This document shows, piece after piece, positions 25,574 through 38,752 of a stretch of 64,000 nt of DNA. The notes under the pieces were generated by a model that saw nothing but the letters and a program-made list of their open reading frames with translations, had not been told where the DNA came from and did not search any database. Location of the stretch: NCBI RefSeq assembly GCF_006345805.1, contig NC_043001.1, positions 26,164,001-26,228,000 of the forward strand, written 5' to 3'. Every line of letters begins with the position of its first letter. Position 1 is the first letter of the stretch. This DNA is from Octopus sinensis (lineage: Eukaryota). A program made the position numbers and the translations under genes.

Positions 25574-27654
25574 TAATATTTATAAAAATACAATAGGATT
25601 TTTTAAAGCAGTTTCTATGATACAAAATTCTTGTTTTAAAGTGATCTAAATTAAATTCTACCTTCAAAATTCCACATTGTGTTCTGAACACCAGCTAAAT
25701 GATAACAAAATTATTTTACTAAATTCTTTGTCATTTTGTTTCATAACTGAAACAAAAGCAGTATATTTCTACAGAAATCAGATGTCTTCTCTGTCACTAA
25801 CCTTTACCTGTTTTCAATCAAAATAATATTTTCCTCATAGCTAATGTTTTTTCATGGAAGACTGGCAATGAACAAAGCTTGTATCACAGTAATTCATGTT
25901 TACAACCATCACATGATTTCAAGTATAATTTCATTAAATGATATGTTTGAAGACAACAGAATATTTCATTTACACACCAAAATCTACTTTTATCTATCAT
26001 CTATATTTCCTGTGTTGTTGTATGCTACTGGACCATAAATATTACCCTAGAACGATTTGGATATGTTGAAAGTCTTTCAAATAGGATACACTTGCCAAAC
26101 ACTTGGAGCATCACAGATTAACCATTTGCAGAATTATCAAATTCAACAAAGTTGCATTTGCCAGCCAACTATTTCTGAATTAATTCAGAAATAGTGGTTG
26201 TGCTGATTTAGTCATGTGAACTGAATGGATCATTTTCTGGACAATGGACACCTATGGAGATGGAGATAGATCAAGGAAAGCATCCTAAGAGCATTCTGTT
26301 TAAAGAATTAATGATAATGATCAGATAGCACAGCTTTCAATTCAGTATCTCACACAGAGAAGGTGAGTGGAGAGAGAAAAGCTCAATTCTTCAATATAAC
26401 TAAGATAACATCACAAAGGTGGGGCTTCTTCTTCATTCTTAAGCATCTTTTAACATAAACACTGTTAAATACCTTGGATACTCGCTAGATGCAAACATAC
26501 ACATACATACTTGATAAGCTTCCTTACCAAATATCATTTGTTGATAAAAATAACAGCTTAATAATGACAAAATTAGTTAGGTGTCCAATGGCCCAAAGAG
26601 CATTTAAAGGCAAATATATATTGGAGTTAAGCATCTGAGAGACACATCTCACCTCAGATAAGACACTCGTCTGTAGCACCCAAGTATACAACAAAAGCTT
26701 GCAGTGGATTTGATCTTGATACCTCTGAGCTGATAATGTGATGCTATATCCTCTCGGTCATTTTACTTCTGTTTAATTGGTAGGTCAGCCTCTACTCACA
26801 GATGCACTACAAATTCTTGCCCATCAACAGGCTCTGACCTCTTCCTGTTTCTTTTTTACAATTACATAGCCTCACCTAAACACCCATCTGATACCATTCC
26901 ATTCTATTTTTCTTTTTTTACATTTGCTGCATCTTATTACTCAACATTTGGGAAGGCTTTTTACACACACACACACACACACACTCACACACACACACAC
27001 GCACACACTCAGACACATGCACACACATGCATGTACAGACACAAATTGCCTTGCATGCACAGACACGCATGCATGCATGTACAACAACACATGCACATAC
27101 ATACACACACACAGGTTAAGCTAATGTATTTAATTGAAAAACACATAGAATAATGTTTGAAGACTTTCAAATTTTTCAGAATAATAATTTATACATGCAA
27201 TTAAACTGAATACATTTATGGAAATTAATTTGAATTCTCTGAGAAAAGAATCATAGGAAAGTGATTTTAATGGGAAGAGAGAAGAGTACTTTTTTTTATT
27301 AAATTGTAAATGTTTTCCTTTGATCATTTAATAGAAAAGATTCTCTTATTTACTTGACTGAAAATATTTCAAGTTTTTATTCTTTCATACAATATATATA
27401 TATATTTTTTTTTTAATGTCTTAAATTATTCTGAATCTCTTTACAGAGTGATATTGATTTTGTAAGCAAGATATCTATTTTTAAATTTCAATATGTAAAT
27501 TCTCATATAAACATTACTTTCATTTGTTAATACTTGTCAGAATTATACCAAGATTCTTATCAAGTAAGAATTATTAAAATATATCTAAGATTTTCAGAGC
27601 AGACCTTCCGATCAAACTAAATCAGGAGAAACTGCTTTCTTCTATAATCACATT

Positions 27655-27684
<30 letters not shown>

Positions 27685-27686
<2 letters not shown>

Positions 27687-28557
27687 ATTATCATTATCAT
27701 ATTATCATAATCATTTTAATGTCTACTTTCCCATGCTTACATGGGTCATATGAATGTGTGTGTGTGTGTGTGTGTATGTATATACATATATATGTATGTA
27801 CATATATATATATGCACACACACACACACACATATATATATATACATGCCGGTGGCACGTAAAAAGCACCATCCGAGCGTGGCCGTTCGCCAGCCTCGTC
27901 TGGCACCTGTGTCGGTGGCACATAAAAAGCACCCACTACACTCACGGAGTGGTTGGCATTAGGAAGGGCATTCAGCTGTAGAAACACTGCCAGATCTGAC
28001 TGGCCTGGTGCAGCCTTCGGGCTTCCCAGACCCCAGTTGAACCGTCCAACCCATGCTAGCATGGAAAGCGGACGTTAAACGATGATGATGATGATGATGA
28101 TGACACACACACCACACACACACACACACACAATTATCATTATCATATTATCATAATCATTTTAATGTCTACTTTCCCATGCTTACATGGGTCATATGAA
28201 TGTGTGTGTGTGTGTATGTATATACATATATATGTATGTACATATATATATATGCACACACACATATATATATATACATGCCGGTGGCACGTAAAAAGCA
28301 CCATCCGAGCGTGGCCGTTCGCCAGCCTCGTCTGGCACCTGTGTCGGTGGCACATAAAAAGCACCCACTACACTCACGGAGTGGTTGGCATTAGGAAGGG
28401 CATTCAGCTGTAGAAACACTGCCAGATCTGACTGGCCTGGTGCAGCCTTCGGGCTTCCCAGACCCCAGTTGAACCGTCCAACCCATGCTAGCATGGAAAG
28501 CGGACGTTAAACGATGATGATGATGATGATGATGACACACACACACACACACACACA
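27685..28557. repeat. Tandem duplication of ~440 bp, each unit containing a family B copy (+)
   Basis: Units 27685-28130 and 28131-28557 appear identical except in microsatellite lengths. Confidence 0.9.
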
Positions 28558-29282
28558 AACATATATATATCCTCACTATCTAGATGCTTGATAAGTTAGG
28601 TTCATTCTATAAGTCTACAAAAATGTATGTTGCATGGAGCTAATCAAGAAAATTCATCATGATGAGATCTAATAACACTGAAACATCTGATACAAAAATA
28701 CAAAATACACTAATACAAAAGACCAGACTCACCTCACACTACACACTATAATAAATAAATTCGCATTAACTGAAATTTCAGAGTTGTCTTTCCTGTCATT
28801 TTGGTCTAGAATTAGTCACTATGATAACAACTGTTCTCATCGCTAAGAGTACAATTTTATTCATCTCTTTTGTGACAGGACACAAACACATATGACATGA
28901 CACATTTTAAGTAAACATTTGAGACAAAAAAGGAAGGACTAATGATAAATACTCTGGTCAGTTTAATTAACTATATCCTTCCCCAAAAGTTGTGGGTTTT
29001 GCAAATGTTACAAATCATTATTATTATAAACAAGAAAGTAAGAGCCATTATTGAATTTAAATAACCCCTCTACCAATCCAGTTACATCTGGCAAGTGAAG
29101 GTGATGTAAGATTATGGTAAAGTGGAATCTACCTTATTTTGGAAATATACTCAAAAGCAAAGACTTAATTCCAATACCAGAAGACCTAAGAATTTATCTG
29201 TTTCCATAAGATCACAGCATTGGGTAGGATTTTGAGAACTAATGATAAAAGTGTAAATGCAAGATTGAGACATTCCATGACT

Positions 29283-29315
<33 letters not shown>

Positions 29316-29318
<3 letters not shown>

Positions 29319-29570
29319 ATCATCATCATCATCATCGCTTTTATGTCCACCACTCCATGCTGACATGGATTGGATGGAATCTTGTTGAGGCAGATTTTCT
29401 ACAACCAGATGCTCTTCCTCTCACCAACCCTCCTTTGTTTCCAAGTAAGATAAGATTTCCCCATAACCAGACATGTTTCCACAGAAAATTTGGAATGAAA
29501 GACACTGTTTGCATGATGTGGACAGTTGTTTACAACTATTGTGTGATATCGGTAAGGAAACAAAGACACA
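29316..29570 (-). mobile_element. Degraded family B-related repeat
   Basis: (CAT)n then CCATGCTGACATGGATTGGATGG..CAGATGCTCTTCCT. Confidence 0.5.
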
Positions 29571-29584
29571 CACACACAAAAAAC

Positions 29585-29636
<52 letters not shown>

Positions 29637-30007
29637 TAAATTATATACATATATATATATATATATATACACATATTATTTATATTATTATTTGATTGAA
29701 CACCACACATTCATTTCCAAGTAAGTTTATCTGTATGTATGTATGTATGTATGTATGTATGTATGTATCAGGCTTCTTTCAGTTTCTATCTATCAAATAC
29801 ACTAATTGTATTTTAAATACCTTAAACAGAAAAATTAATGCATATTTACAAAATATTATGTATAGATGGAAAACCAAAGACTCTTGTACTTTAAATTTAA
29901 CCAGATAGATAAAAAAACACAATCAAACTTTTATACATATATATATATGTGTGCGTGTGTATGTGTAAGTATGTATGCGTATGTGTGTGTGTGTGAGAGT
30001 ATGTATA

Positions 30008-30050
<43 letters not shown>

Positions 30051-30739
30051 ATGGCATGTATGGGAAAATTTAATTTTGAATAATACTTTCACATTCTTAC
30101 TTATGATATAAAGAAATATATGCACACACACACACATACACACACAGGCACAAATATAAGCACATTAAAAAAAATGTAGAATCGTCTTAGGTGGATCTGG
30201 GGAGCAATTCCATTTACATAAATTTCTACTTATGGCATAACACAAATCTGTAATACAAACAAAATTTCTTTAAGATGCAAAAAAATGAAAGACCCATTTA
30301 AGTAAAACTACTAATACAAAATTCAATCAGGTAAAAGAAAAAAAAAGGAACCAAGTTTTTCAATGACCCCCTAAAAATTCAATATTTTAATAAATTTATG
30401 GAGCAAGTAGATTCAAATGTAGCATTCAAAAGATGCGATCAAACACTTTTCCTAATTACTATAATTAAACACAATAAGTCAGTATGAAACGAAGACACAT
30501 ACACCTTGTGTTAAAAGCACTGTTATAGCAAGTAACTATGAACAGAGAAAAGTTTCGGCTTTAAGAAAAATCACGCAAATTTACCATAAAAGTACAATAA
30601 AAGCAAATCATTATTAGGAGAATGCTCAGAGAAACATCCCTTTGTTAGATACAGCTTAATGATATATGGAGCTTCAAGTGAGATTTATGGTTTTAAAATC
30701 TTTTACATTTTCCATGCTAGAATAGATGTATTTTTTAAT

Positions 30740-31248
30740 CTTTTACTTGTTTCAGTCATTAGAATCAGGCCATGCTGGGGCACCATCTTGAAGAATTTTT
30801 TAGCCAAATGAATCAATCCCAGTATTTATTCTATTGGTCTCTTTTGCTAAACTGCTAAGTCACATGGATGCAAACCCACACACATACACATCTATCTATC
30901 TATATACCTATCTATTTATCTATCTATCTATCTCTCACTCCATATATATATATATATAGCCTTGGGTTGACCAAAGACTTGTGAGTGGATCTGATAGATG
31001 GAAACTGAAAGAAGCCCATTGTGTGTGTGTGTGTATGTATGTATATATATATATGGAGAGATAGATAGATAGATAGATATATACATACACACACACAATG
31101 GGATTCTTTCAGTTTCCATCTATCAGATCTACACACAAGGCTTTGGTCAACCCAAGGCTATAATAAAAGGCACTTGTCCAAGGTGCCAACCATTAGACTG
31201 AACCTGGAATCATGTGGTTGGGAAGTAAGCTTCTTACCACACAGTTAT
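30740..31248 (-). mobile_element. SINE family A with internal fold-back duplication (30955-31162)
   Basis: TATAGCCTTGGGTTGACCAAAG..CCCATTGTG and its reverse complement flank a microsatellite. Confidence 0.8.
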
Positions 31249-31699
31249 AACTTCTTTTTTTTTATTAAAATGGAACCTATGAATAACAATTGACTGACCT
31301 TTCTGATATCTACCATTCAACTAACTGCAAAGGTGGTAATTATTTATGTTCAGCCAGTTAGATTGAAATGAGAAATATCTTGCTTAATAGCATGATAGCT
31401 AGAAAATTTGCAATGATAACCATTAATCCAACACTACAATTTAATCTGCAGCAATTATGCTCCCCAGTAAGAGAAAATATGAAAAAGTTATTGAAATTGT
31501 TGCCATTAGAGATAAAAATTTTAGTTCTAAGAATATCTTAAGCTAAAGAGCTGCAAGCTTTTCTTTCTTTTTTTTTTTTTTTGATAATCCATTATAGATA
31601 AGTTATAGTGTCCCCAAACAATGTATTTTATATTAATTTCAAGCATATGATAAAGTTAAGGCTTCTAGAAAGTTAATTTCATGAGAACACCAATAAGGT

Positions 31700-32190
31700 A
31701 TCATCATCATCATCATCATCGTTTAACGTCCGTTTTCCATGCTAGCATGGGTTGGACGGTTCGACCGGGGTCTGGGAAGCCAGAAGGCTGCACCAGGCTC
31801 CAGTCTGATCTGGCAGTGTTTCTACAGCTGGATGCCCTTCCTAACGCCAAACACTCCGTGAGTGTAGTGGGTGCTTTTTATGTGCCACCGGCACAGGTGC
31901 CAGGTGAGGCTGGCAATGGCCACGATCGGTTGGTGCTTTTTACGTGCCACCGGCATGGGAGCCAGTCAAGGCGGTGCTGGCATCGGCCACGTTCGGATGG
32001 TGCTTTTTACGTGCCACCGGCACAGGGATCACAACTACAATTTCTATTGATTTTTGATGTTGATGTACTTGACTCAATAGGTCTCCTCAAGCAAAGGGTC
32101 GAAACGGTGTTTCTTTACTTGCCACCTGCTCAGGAGTCAGTCCAGCAGCACTGCCAACTGCCGGGTGCCAGTCATAGAATTGGTTCAATA
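31700..32190 (-). mobile_element. Repeat family B copy (source of ORF 31681-32199)
   Basis: (CAT)n tail, family core and three GTGCTTTTTAYGTGCCACCGGCA subrepeats. Confidence 0.8.
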
Positions 32191-32560
32191 ATAGTCTAAA
32201 AGAGAAAACAAAATATAAACTGTCCACAAGACTTCACCTTCCAAGGCAGTATGCCAACAAGTTGTTTTGAGGGCTACAGCTTGATATAATAAAATCTAAA
32301 AGTTGAGATACTAAAACTTTAACCATTGAACCATCATACAGACTTGAGATATTTTCTATAATTTACAGTACTATCTTATGTAAAAAGAATATCATAATCT
32401 ATTTATTATATTAGTTTTGTTTTGAGCTGTTTATACAGTTCTAAAATTGCAATCATTGAAATTTACAGTTAAATTTAATTACTACAAAATAATAATAATC
32501 ATTATGTTTATGCATTTGTTTTCCAAAATTCTTGATGTGAAATCATGTGTTGAAACAGAT

Positions 32561-32813
32561 ATTGTTATACTTGGGGATGGTCAGATTTTACCAATTAAAC
32601 ACATGCAGTACATGTTAGGTCTTTACTTCAGTTTTATTATTATCATTTTTGTTTCTTTGTCACAGTTTTTATCACACATTCTGTGACTTCTTCAATGACG
32701 CTTTATAAAGAGTCACTGAAGAGGTCACAGGATAATATAAAGTTGAAGTAAAGACTAAACATATAGTGTGTGTGTTTAAATGGCAAAACATGACCATCCC
32801 TAAATATAACAAT
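32561..32813. mobile_element. Inverted-repeat remnant with hammerhead-like boxes, probable Penelope-like terminal repeat
   Basis: Outer arms 32561-32640/32732-32813; inner hairpin 32681-32730 containing CTGAAGA-GGTCACAG. Confidence 0.55.
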
Positions 32814-33025
32814 AATAATAATCATTGTTTCTTCTATAGGAACAAGAACTGAAATTTTGTGATTACATTGACCCCAGTGCATGACTGGTATTTATTTTAT
32901 CAATCACAAAAGGATGAATGACAAAATTGACTTTGATGGAATTTGAACTCAGAACATACAGGGTCAGTAAAAAACATTGCTAAGCATTTTCTTTGACAAG
33001 TTAAAAATTCTGTCAGCTTACTGCC

Positions 33026-33026
<1 letters not shown>

Positions 33027-33086
<60 letters not shown>

Positions 33087-33136
33087 TAACAATAATAATA
33101 ACAATAACAATAATAATAATAAGAATAATAATAATG
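33027..33136. repeat. (AAT)n/(AAC)n microsatellite
   Basis: Directly visible; source of the poly-N/poly-L ORFs. Confidence 0.95.
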
Positions 33137-35562
33137 GATTTCTTATACTGATCACTAGGGCCTTTGAAGTAAGGGACATTACACATAATACATAGAACAG
33201 TGGGGGATTTACATGACAGAGCAAAATTCTCAATAACAATAATAAAAATAAATTACAATAAATAACAACAAAGAACAAAACAACAAGAAAATATCTCAGT
33301 AATGGGAACAACCACATAGATTTGGGACACCTCACACAAAACACCAGATTTCCCTGACACACTAAGGACAAGCACTTTCTCTTAGTTCTTGCCATCAGCT
33401 TATAGCAGCATAGCTAGAGTATCCCTTTTAACCATATCTATTTCGCCACTCTCATCCACCATTCATTCATAAAGTTTACTGGGCATGGGACTGCATTAAT
33501 AATGAGTTATGAAGCAGAAAGAAAAAAAATATATATACATATATGTATATATATAGAAAAAAGTTTTAAAAAAAGCCAGCATTGTCAGTTACTCATAAAA
33601 GAAACAGCACTTAAAGAGAAATGGTTTGAATAGGAAATCTCACAAACATGTCTATATTGGTGATGGAATAGCATTCTAAATAGAATTTATTAATATTGGG
33701 GAAAGTTGTAAACTGTAAGCTAATCTAATGTAATTTGAGCTGAATGGTATAATTTAATTAATTTTAGCAAATAACTTCACTAGGCATCAACCCATACAAA
33801 ACCAAATCAAGAGAACTCATTCATAGAAGCTTACAATTTAATAAACTGAACAATTGGCAATTTAGAACTATTGACAGTCAATGTAAGAATACAATGTGAA
33901 AATTACATAGAAGTCATTGTCAGTCTCTTTCTGTGTGTTGAAAATGCTTAACTACATAATATGAGAGGGAGAAAAAGCAGGGAAAGACGCATGAAAAAGG
34001 GGGAGTCTAATTATGATATCCTTCTTTTCATACATTTAACTTGTCATCTTTCTTCAATAACAAAAAAGAAAATATTAAATTAAAATATGAGTAAAATAAA
34101 TTTAGACAGCAAGTTATAATGCAATATGGCAAATACCATAATTCTAGTTTATTAAAAACAATGAACCCTGCCAATATCAGGTATCCTGGATAAGTTATTA
34201 TACTTGACAGAACAATATGGCTTAATCTTTTTGCTATTTTTAATCAGAAAGCCAATGCACCCTGAGGTTTCTATTCCGAGTTACTTAAGCCAAACATATC
34301 AACCCTTTTCACCGAACGTCAAAAAAAAAAAGAAAAGAAAAGAAAAAGAAAAAAGGGAGATTATGCTTTGTCAGTGATTTACTTTGATTCATTTATTTCA
34401 TACCCCTTTGTTTTGTTTTGTGTGTGTGTTTTGTTTATTTTTATTTTTTTTATGCATGAAACCTTATTGCTGTTCATATATTTTCCTTCAGGAAAATATC
34501 TTATTCCATCAAAGTGCTGTTGTTGTTTTATTGTTTATTATTACTGTTCCTTCATTCTCCGCTGTGTAATAGATTGTTTCATCTTTCCCACCCCCGCTTT
34601 TTTCCCTTTTTCCTGTCTGTTATTTGAAGATAATTCCATATTTGCAATTCTATGATTTGTGTCTCCCCACCCCCCACACACCCCACCCCATTCATCTTCT
34701 TACAGAGATTGTGTGCAGCTGCTGAAGTTGCAGTTAAGGATATACATACAAATGTAGGGCAGCAGAGTATGTCCAGGCATTATAAGTGAATACATGCAGA
34801 TTAAAATTGGTGCTAAATGAATGTTATTTCATGTGTTAACAATATCAGACGAAGAGAACTGATAGACATTTAACAATGCCTATGGAATTATGGAAAAACA
34901 AAAAAGAAAAAGAAAAACTAATGTTAAACAAATTCAAAAGAGGATTTCAGTCAAAGTAAATATAATCTATGCAGAGCTTTTATAAAGCAAAAATATAAAA
35001 TTTCGAAAACACTTAGAGATGAATTCAAATAATGATTGAAAATAGAAAAATAAAAACTAAATAAACGATGGATATGATAAATTATATTAACAATACAATA
35101 CAATGTTGAAAATATAACTGATTTTTAGTAGTTAAAACCATTTGTGATAAGCAATAAACTGTCAATGTTTCATTTTAGTAGATGTAGGAAATAACTTGAG
35201 GTGAAAAAAAAAAAGTTTTGCAATTTATCAGATTGTTTAGATATCATCGATTCAATGTAGAATATTCTTGAGTGGTTTCCTCATTCTCTTTTCTACATTC
35301 ATGTGAGGACTTGAGCTCAGCAATGTAAACTAGCAAAACTTGTCGGTTATGTAGTTTCCAGTCTGCTTCCATCAGTATAGTTTTCATCTTTTGTTGTATA
35401 TATTTACAACTTAAAAGACTGAGCTATTAAGACTTAAGTGTCTTTGCCAACAAAGAACAATGCAGGAGGAGAGAGAGATATGAATGAACTGCTGCTTTGC
35501 TTTTTGCTTTTTTTCTACAGATAGCTTTGTACATTTAATTATGTGCTCAGTAAGCAAGATTT

Positions 35563-35589
35563 TGGGATATATTTCACCACAGTCAAAGC

Positions 35590-35620
<31 letters not shown>

Positions 35621-35652
35621 TATATGCTTTAACTGTGGTGAAATATATCCCA
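35563..35652. repeat. Inverted repeat, ~32-bp arms around a (TA)n spacer
   Basis: TGGGATATATTTCACCACAGTCAAAGCATATA / TATATGCTTTAACTGTGGTGAAATATATCCCA, one mismatch. Confidence 0.9.
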
Positions 35653-37218
35653 TATATATATATATATATATATATAAAAGAGCTGATTTGTTAATTTAGC
35701 TTAGGAATATGTTAATAAAATAATAAATATAATCAATAAGTGGAATGAAGAAAGAAGGGAAAATATTCCAGTGAATAATTTCTGAAAATTATAATCATTA
35801 ATAGCTGCAAATTAGATTTAATTTTAGAACCATAGTTTTTTATGCTTTTATGATTAAATTACTTTGAAGACATTTAATTATTTTGTTGGACTTGCTTATA
35901 TTATTTTCACTAATTTCATTTTTTCAGTAATAAAATATTTTTCAACAGATGAAACCTTAGGAAAAATCCAAAAATTAGAAATAGCTATCAATTCTTTTTT
36001 TTTTCTTTCCCTAAATTGATTTTAGCATTTTCATTACTAACAGATAATTAACAATAAAATATATTTAGAAATAAATTACATTTTCAGTATTCAGAAATAA
36101 ATGTATTCTGACCAGTGGGTAGTTTAGTAATTAAAAACAGTTTGACTGGAAATCTAGAAGTAAAAATCTGTATTTCTGAACCCATAGGTTCAGAAATGCA
36201 TTTTGTTTCTAATTATATCTCAAGATAATTTAATGAATGTAATCGGTAAATTAGTTTTAAATGAAATTAGAAATTGAATTCAAGATCTGTAAATAATTAA
36301 ATAGAATATTGCCAAGAAAAGAACTATTTGTACTTAGCAAGTAACAGTAAGACAGTTTAAGTTCAATCCTTTTGTGTGTGTGTGTGTGTGTGTAGCATGC
36401 ATTTCTGTGCATATGTGTGTGTGTGCCATATGCACATAAATTCTCATCTCAAATATTTAGGCATTAATTTGTTATTAAGTATTAGAATATTTTTTTTTAA
36501 ATGTATTTCAGACTAATTTTGATTCCTGACATCAGTTACCAATGCACCAATGCAATGAGAAATGTAACATACCATGCAGTTTGTAACAATGATGAATATC
36601 AAAATAGGAAGAAAGGCAATTACAAAATAATTAATCTCCAGATGTGGTGCATCATTGTAAAAACAGACCAATTTCTGTTGTAAACTGAGAAGTTTGGTCT
36701 TAACAAGATACAGGGTATATATTAGCTAACATGTACAAGCTATAATGTATTGATTGATTGACCATGTTTGACACATGTTCTGGTTAGTTTAAACTGGAAG
36801 TAATCAAACAATTCCATTTATACTCATTTATTATGATCTAAAATAAAACAGGGCAGTATTTACTTAATCGTCATTTCTTTTTTTTAATGATCAAAATGGT
36901 TCTTTTTCTGGTTTATATTCGCTTTTTCAAATAAGTATGTTTCTCACTTTAAGTAATGTCTGTTCTTTTTTTGGATATAGTTTTCTACGGTTATATTAAA
37001 ATTTCTTAGGAATGAATTTGTTCTCTAGATAGTGTATTATGCAAAGACTGGGAATGGAAGTTGTAGCATCTATGTCCTTCTTGATAAAATCAAGGACAGA
37101 AGACATTGTGGTAAACCAGTGTGCTGAGGAGCTAACTCCTATTCTATAACAATCACTGAATGCAGAGGTATTTGGTTACAAAAAGAAAGCAGTGACATTT
37201 TGTTGTCCGATGTAATTA

Positions 37219-37730
37219 CTGTAAATCCTCGAGTATAATCTGCATTTTTTCCCCAAAATCTAAAGGTCAAAATCCCTAGTGTGTACTATATATGAGGTTA
37301 AAAATGAAAAACATTTTCTAAGCAATGTCCGAGTCTCTATTTGCTGTCTGGTAATGTTTATTCAGATGCATTTTGTGATGTCGGGCACGAAAATACCTTA
37401 AGCTAAGCCTGAAAGCAATGAAGTCATAAAAGAATCATCCATAACTTGCAGTAAGCAACATTTATTAAATGTTATTACTGTTATTTCTTTATTTTCTGCA
37501 AACAAAATGCACAAAAAAGCTACACGTTTGCATTATGTTATATGTACAATAATAATAAAGGACGTTACCGTATACATTTTTACAAACCAAGGATGTTATA
37601 TAGACCTCCTTGACTCAAGTTAGAGAAGGGGTGTGTATTATACACAAGGTTTAGGTTTTTCAGAAGTACAGCCCCCTAAAAATCACCTGCGTATTATACT
37701 CAAGGGCGGACTATACTTGAGGATTTATGG
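37219..37730. mobile_element. Tc2/pogo-like MITE
   Basis: TA flanks; TIR CTGTAAATCCTCGAGTATAATC / GACTATACTTGAGGATTTATGG. Confidence 0.75.
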
Positions 37731-37739
37731 TAATTTTTA

Positions 37740-37960
37740 AGGTAGCAAGCTGGCAGAATCGTTACCACTCTGGGTAAGATGCTTAGTGACATTTCATCCA
37801 TCTTTACTGAGTTTTTAATCCCACTGGGAGTCAACTTAGCTTTTTATCTTTTTGGGGTGGATAAAATAAGTACCTGTTGAACATTGGGGCTGATTTGATG
37901 TAATCGACTTAACCCCTCCCTTGAAATTGCTGGCCTTGTGCCTAAATTTGAAACCAATAT
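37740..37960 (+). mobile_element. tRNA-derived SINE family C
   Basis: GGTAGCAAGCTGGCAGAATCGTTA..GATAAAATAAGTACC..GGCCTTGTGCC; other copies near 39942, 44600-45690, 53710, 57834 and 61043. Confidence 0.7.
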
Positions 37961-38531
37961 TACAATTAATTTTAGTCTCTCTATTAGGTTATAAAAAACT
38001 GGTGACCCAATAAATAAGTAGAGACCGCCTCATCTGGAGATATTTTACAGCTTAGTGGAGGCATTATAAAGTACTTTATTATTCTTTATTATTAAAATGA
38101 TTAAGGAAGAGTCAGAGAATGGTAAGTTTATATCAAGTTACTTTGTACATGAATCAGTATGCTGAATACTGAAATAGATAAGACATTCTAAAAATTACCA
38201 ACCTGTTTTTGCAGGGGCTGTATTTTAAATATATAAGAAAAAGATAAACAGTGAATACACCTTTGATAGAACAAAAACACCAAAATCAAAATACACTGCA
38301 TCACCCATACCAGCAATTTGAATAAAATCTTTTGTAAAACTGAAAATAGCTTGGATTTTGCAAATAAATGCAGGGTATTCAAACTTTCTGAGTCCACCAT
38401 ACATGCTTGGCTCTACACCTCATTTCCAGTAGCCACTATCATGGAGCATTACCAAGAAATGTGGATCACATAATTCTAAAGATTACTGTAAGATGAGAAA
38501 TTTCTAAAGGTGTGTTAATAAATGTGATTCT

Positions 38532-38708
38532 TTCTCAACCACATAGTTTGGGGTTCAGTCCCACTGCATGACACCTTGGGCATGTATCTTCCACTGTAGC
38601 CTCAGATTGACCAAAGCCTTGTGAGTGGATTTAGTAGATAGACACTGAAAGAAGCCTATTATATATAAAGAAGCGTATTATACGTATATATATATATATT
38701 ATATATAT

Positions 38709-38752
<44 letters not shown>

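Larger units (their letters stand above)
23588..25610. mobile_element. hAT-like MITE split into three pieces by two mariner insertions
   Basis: CAGTGGTCCTCAAC start; pieces 23588-23691, 24257-24289 and 25574-25610 are collinear with 47569-47823. Confidence 0.7.

Noticed and set aside
31681-32199. 172-aa ATG-initiated ORF
   Set aside because: Lies wholly within repeat family B; the same peptide fragments recur at other copies
38261-38339. AG/GT-bounded hydrophobic minus-strand segment as an extra exon
   Set aside because: 79 nt would frameshift the C-D junction, which already reads through in frame; weak donor
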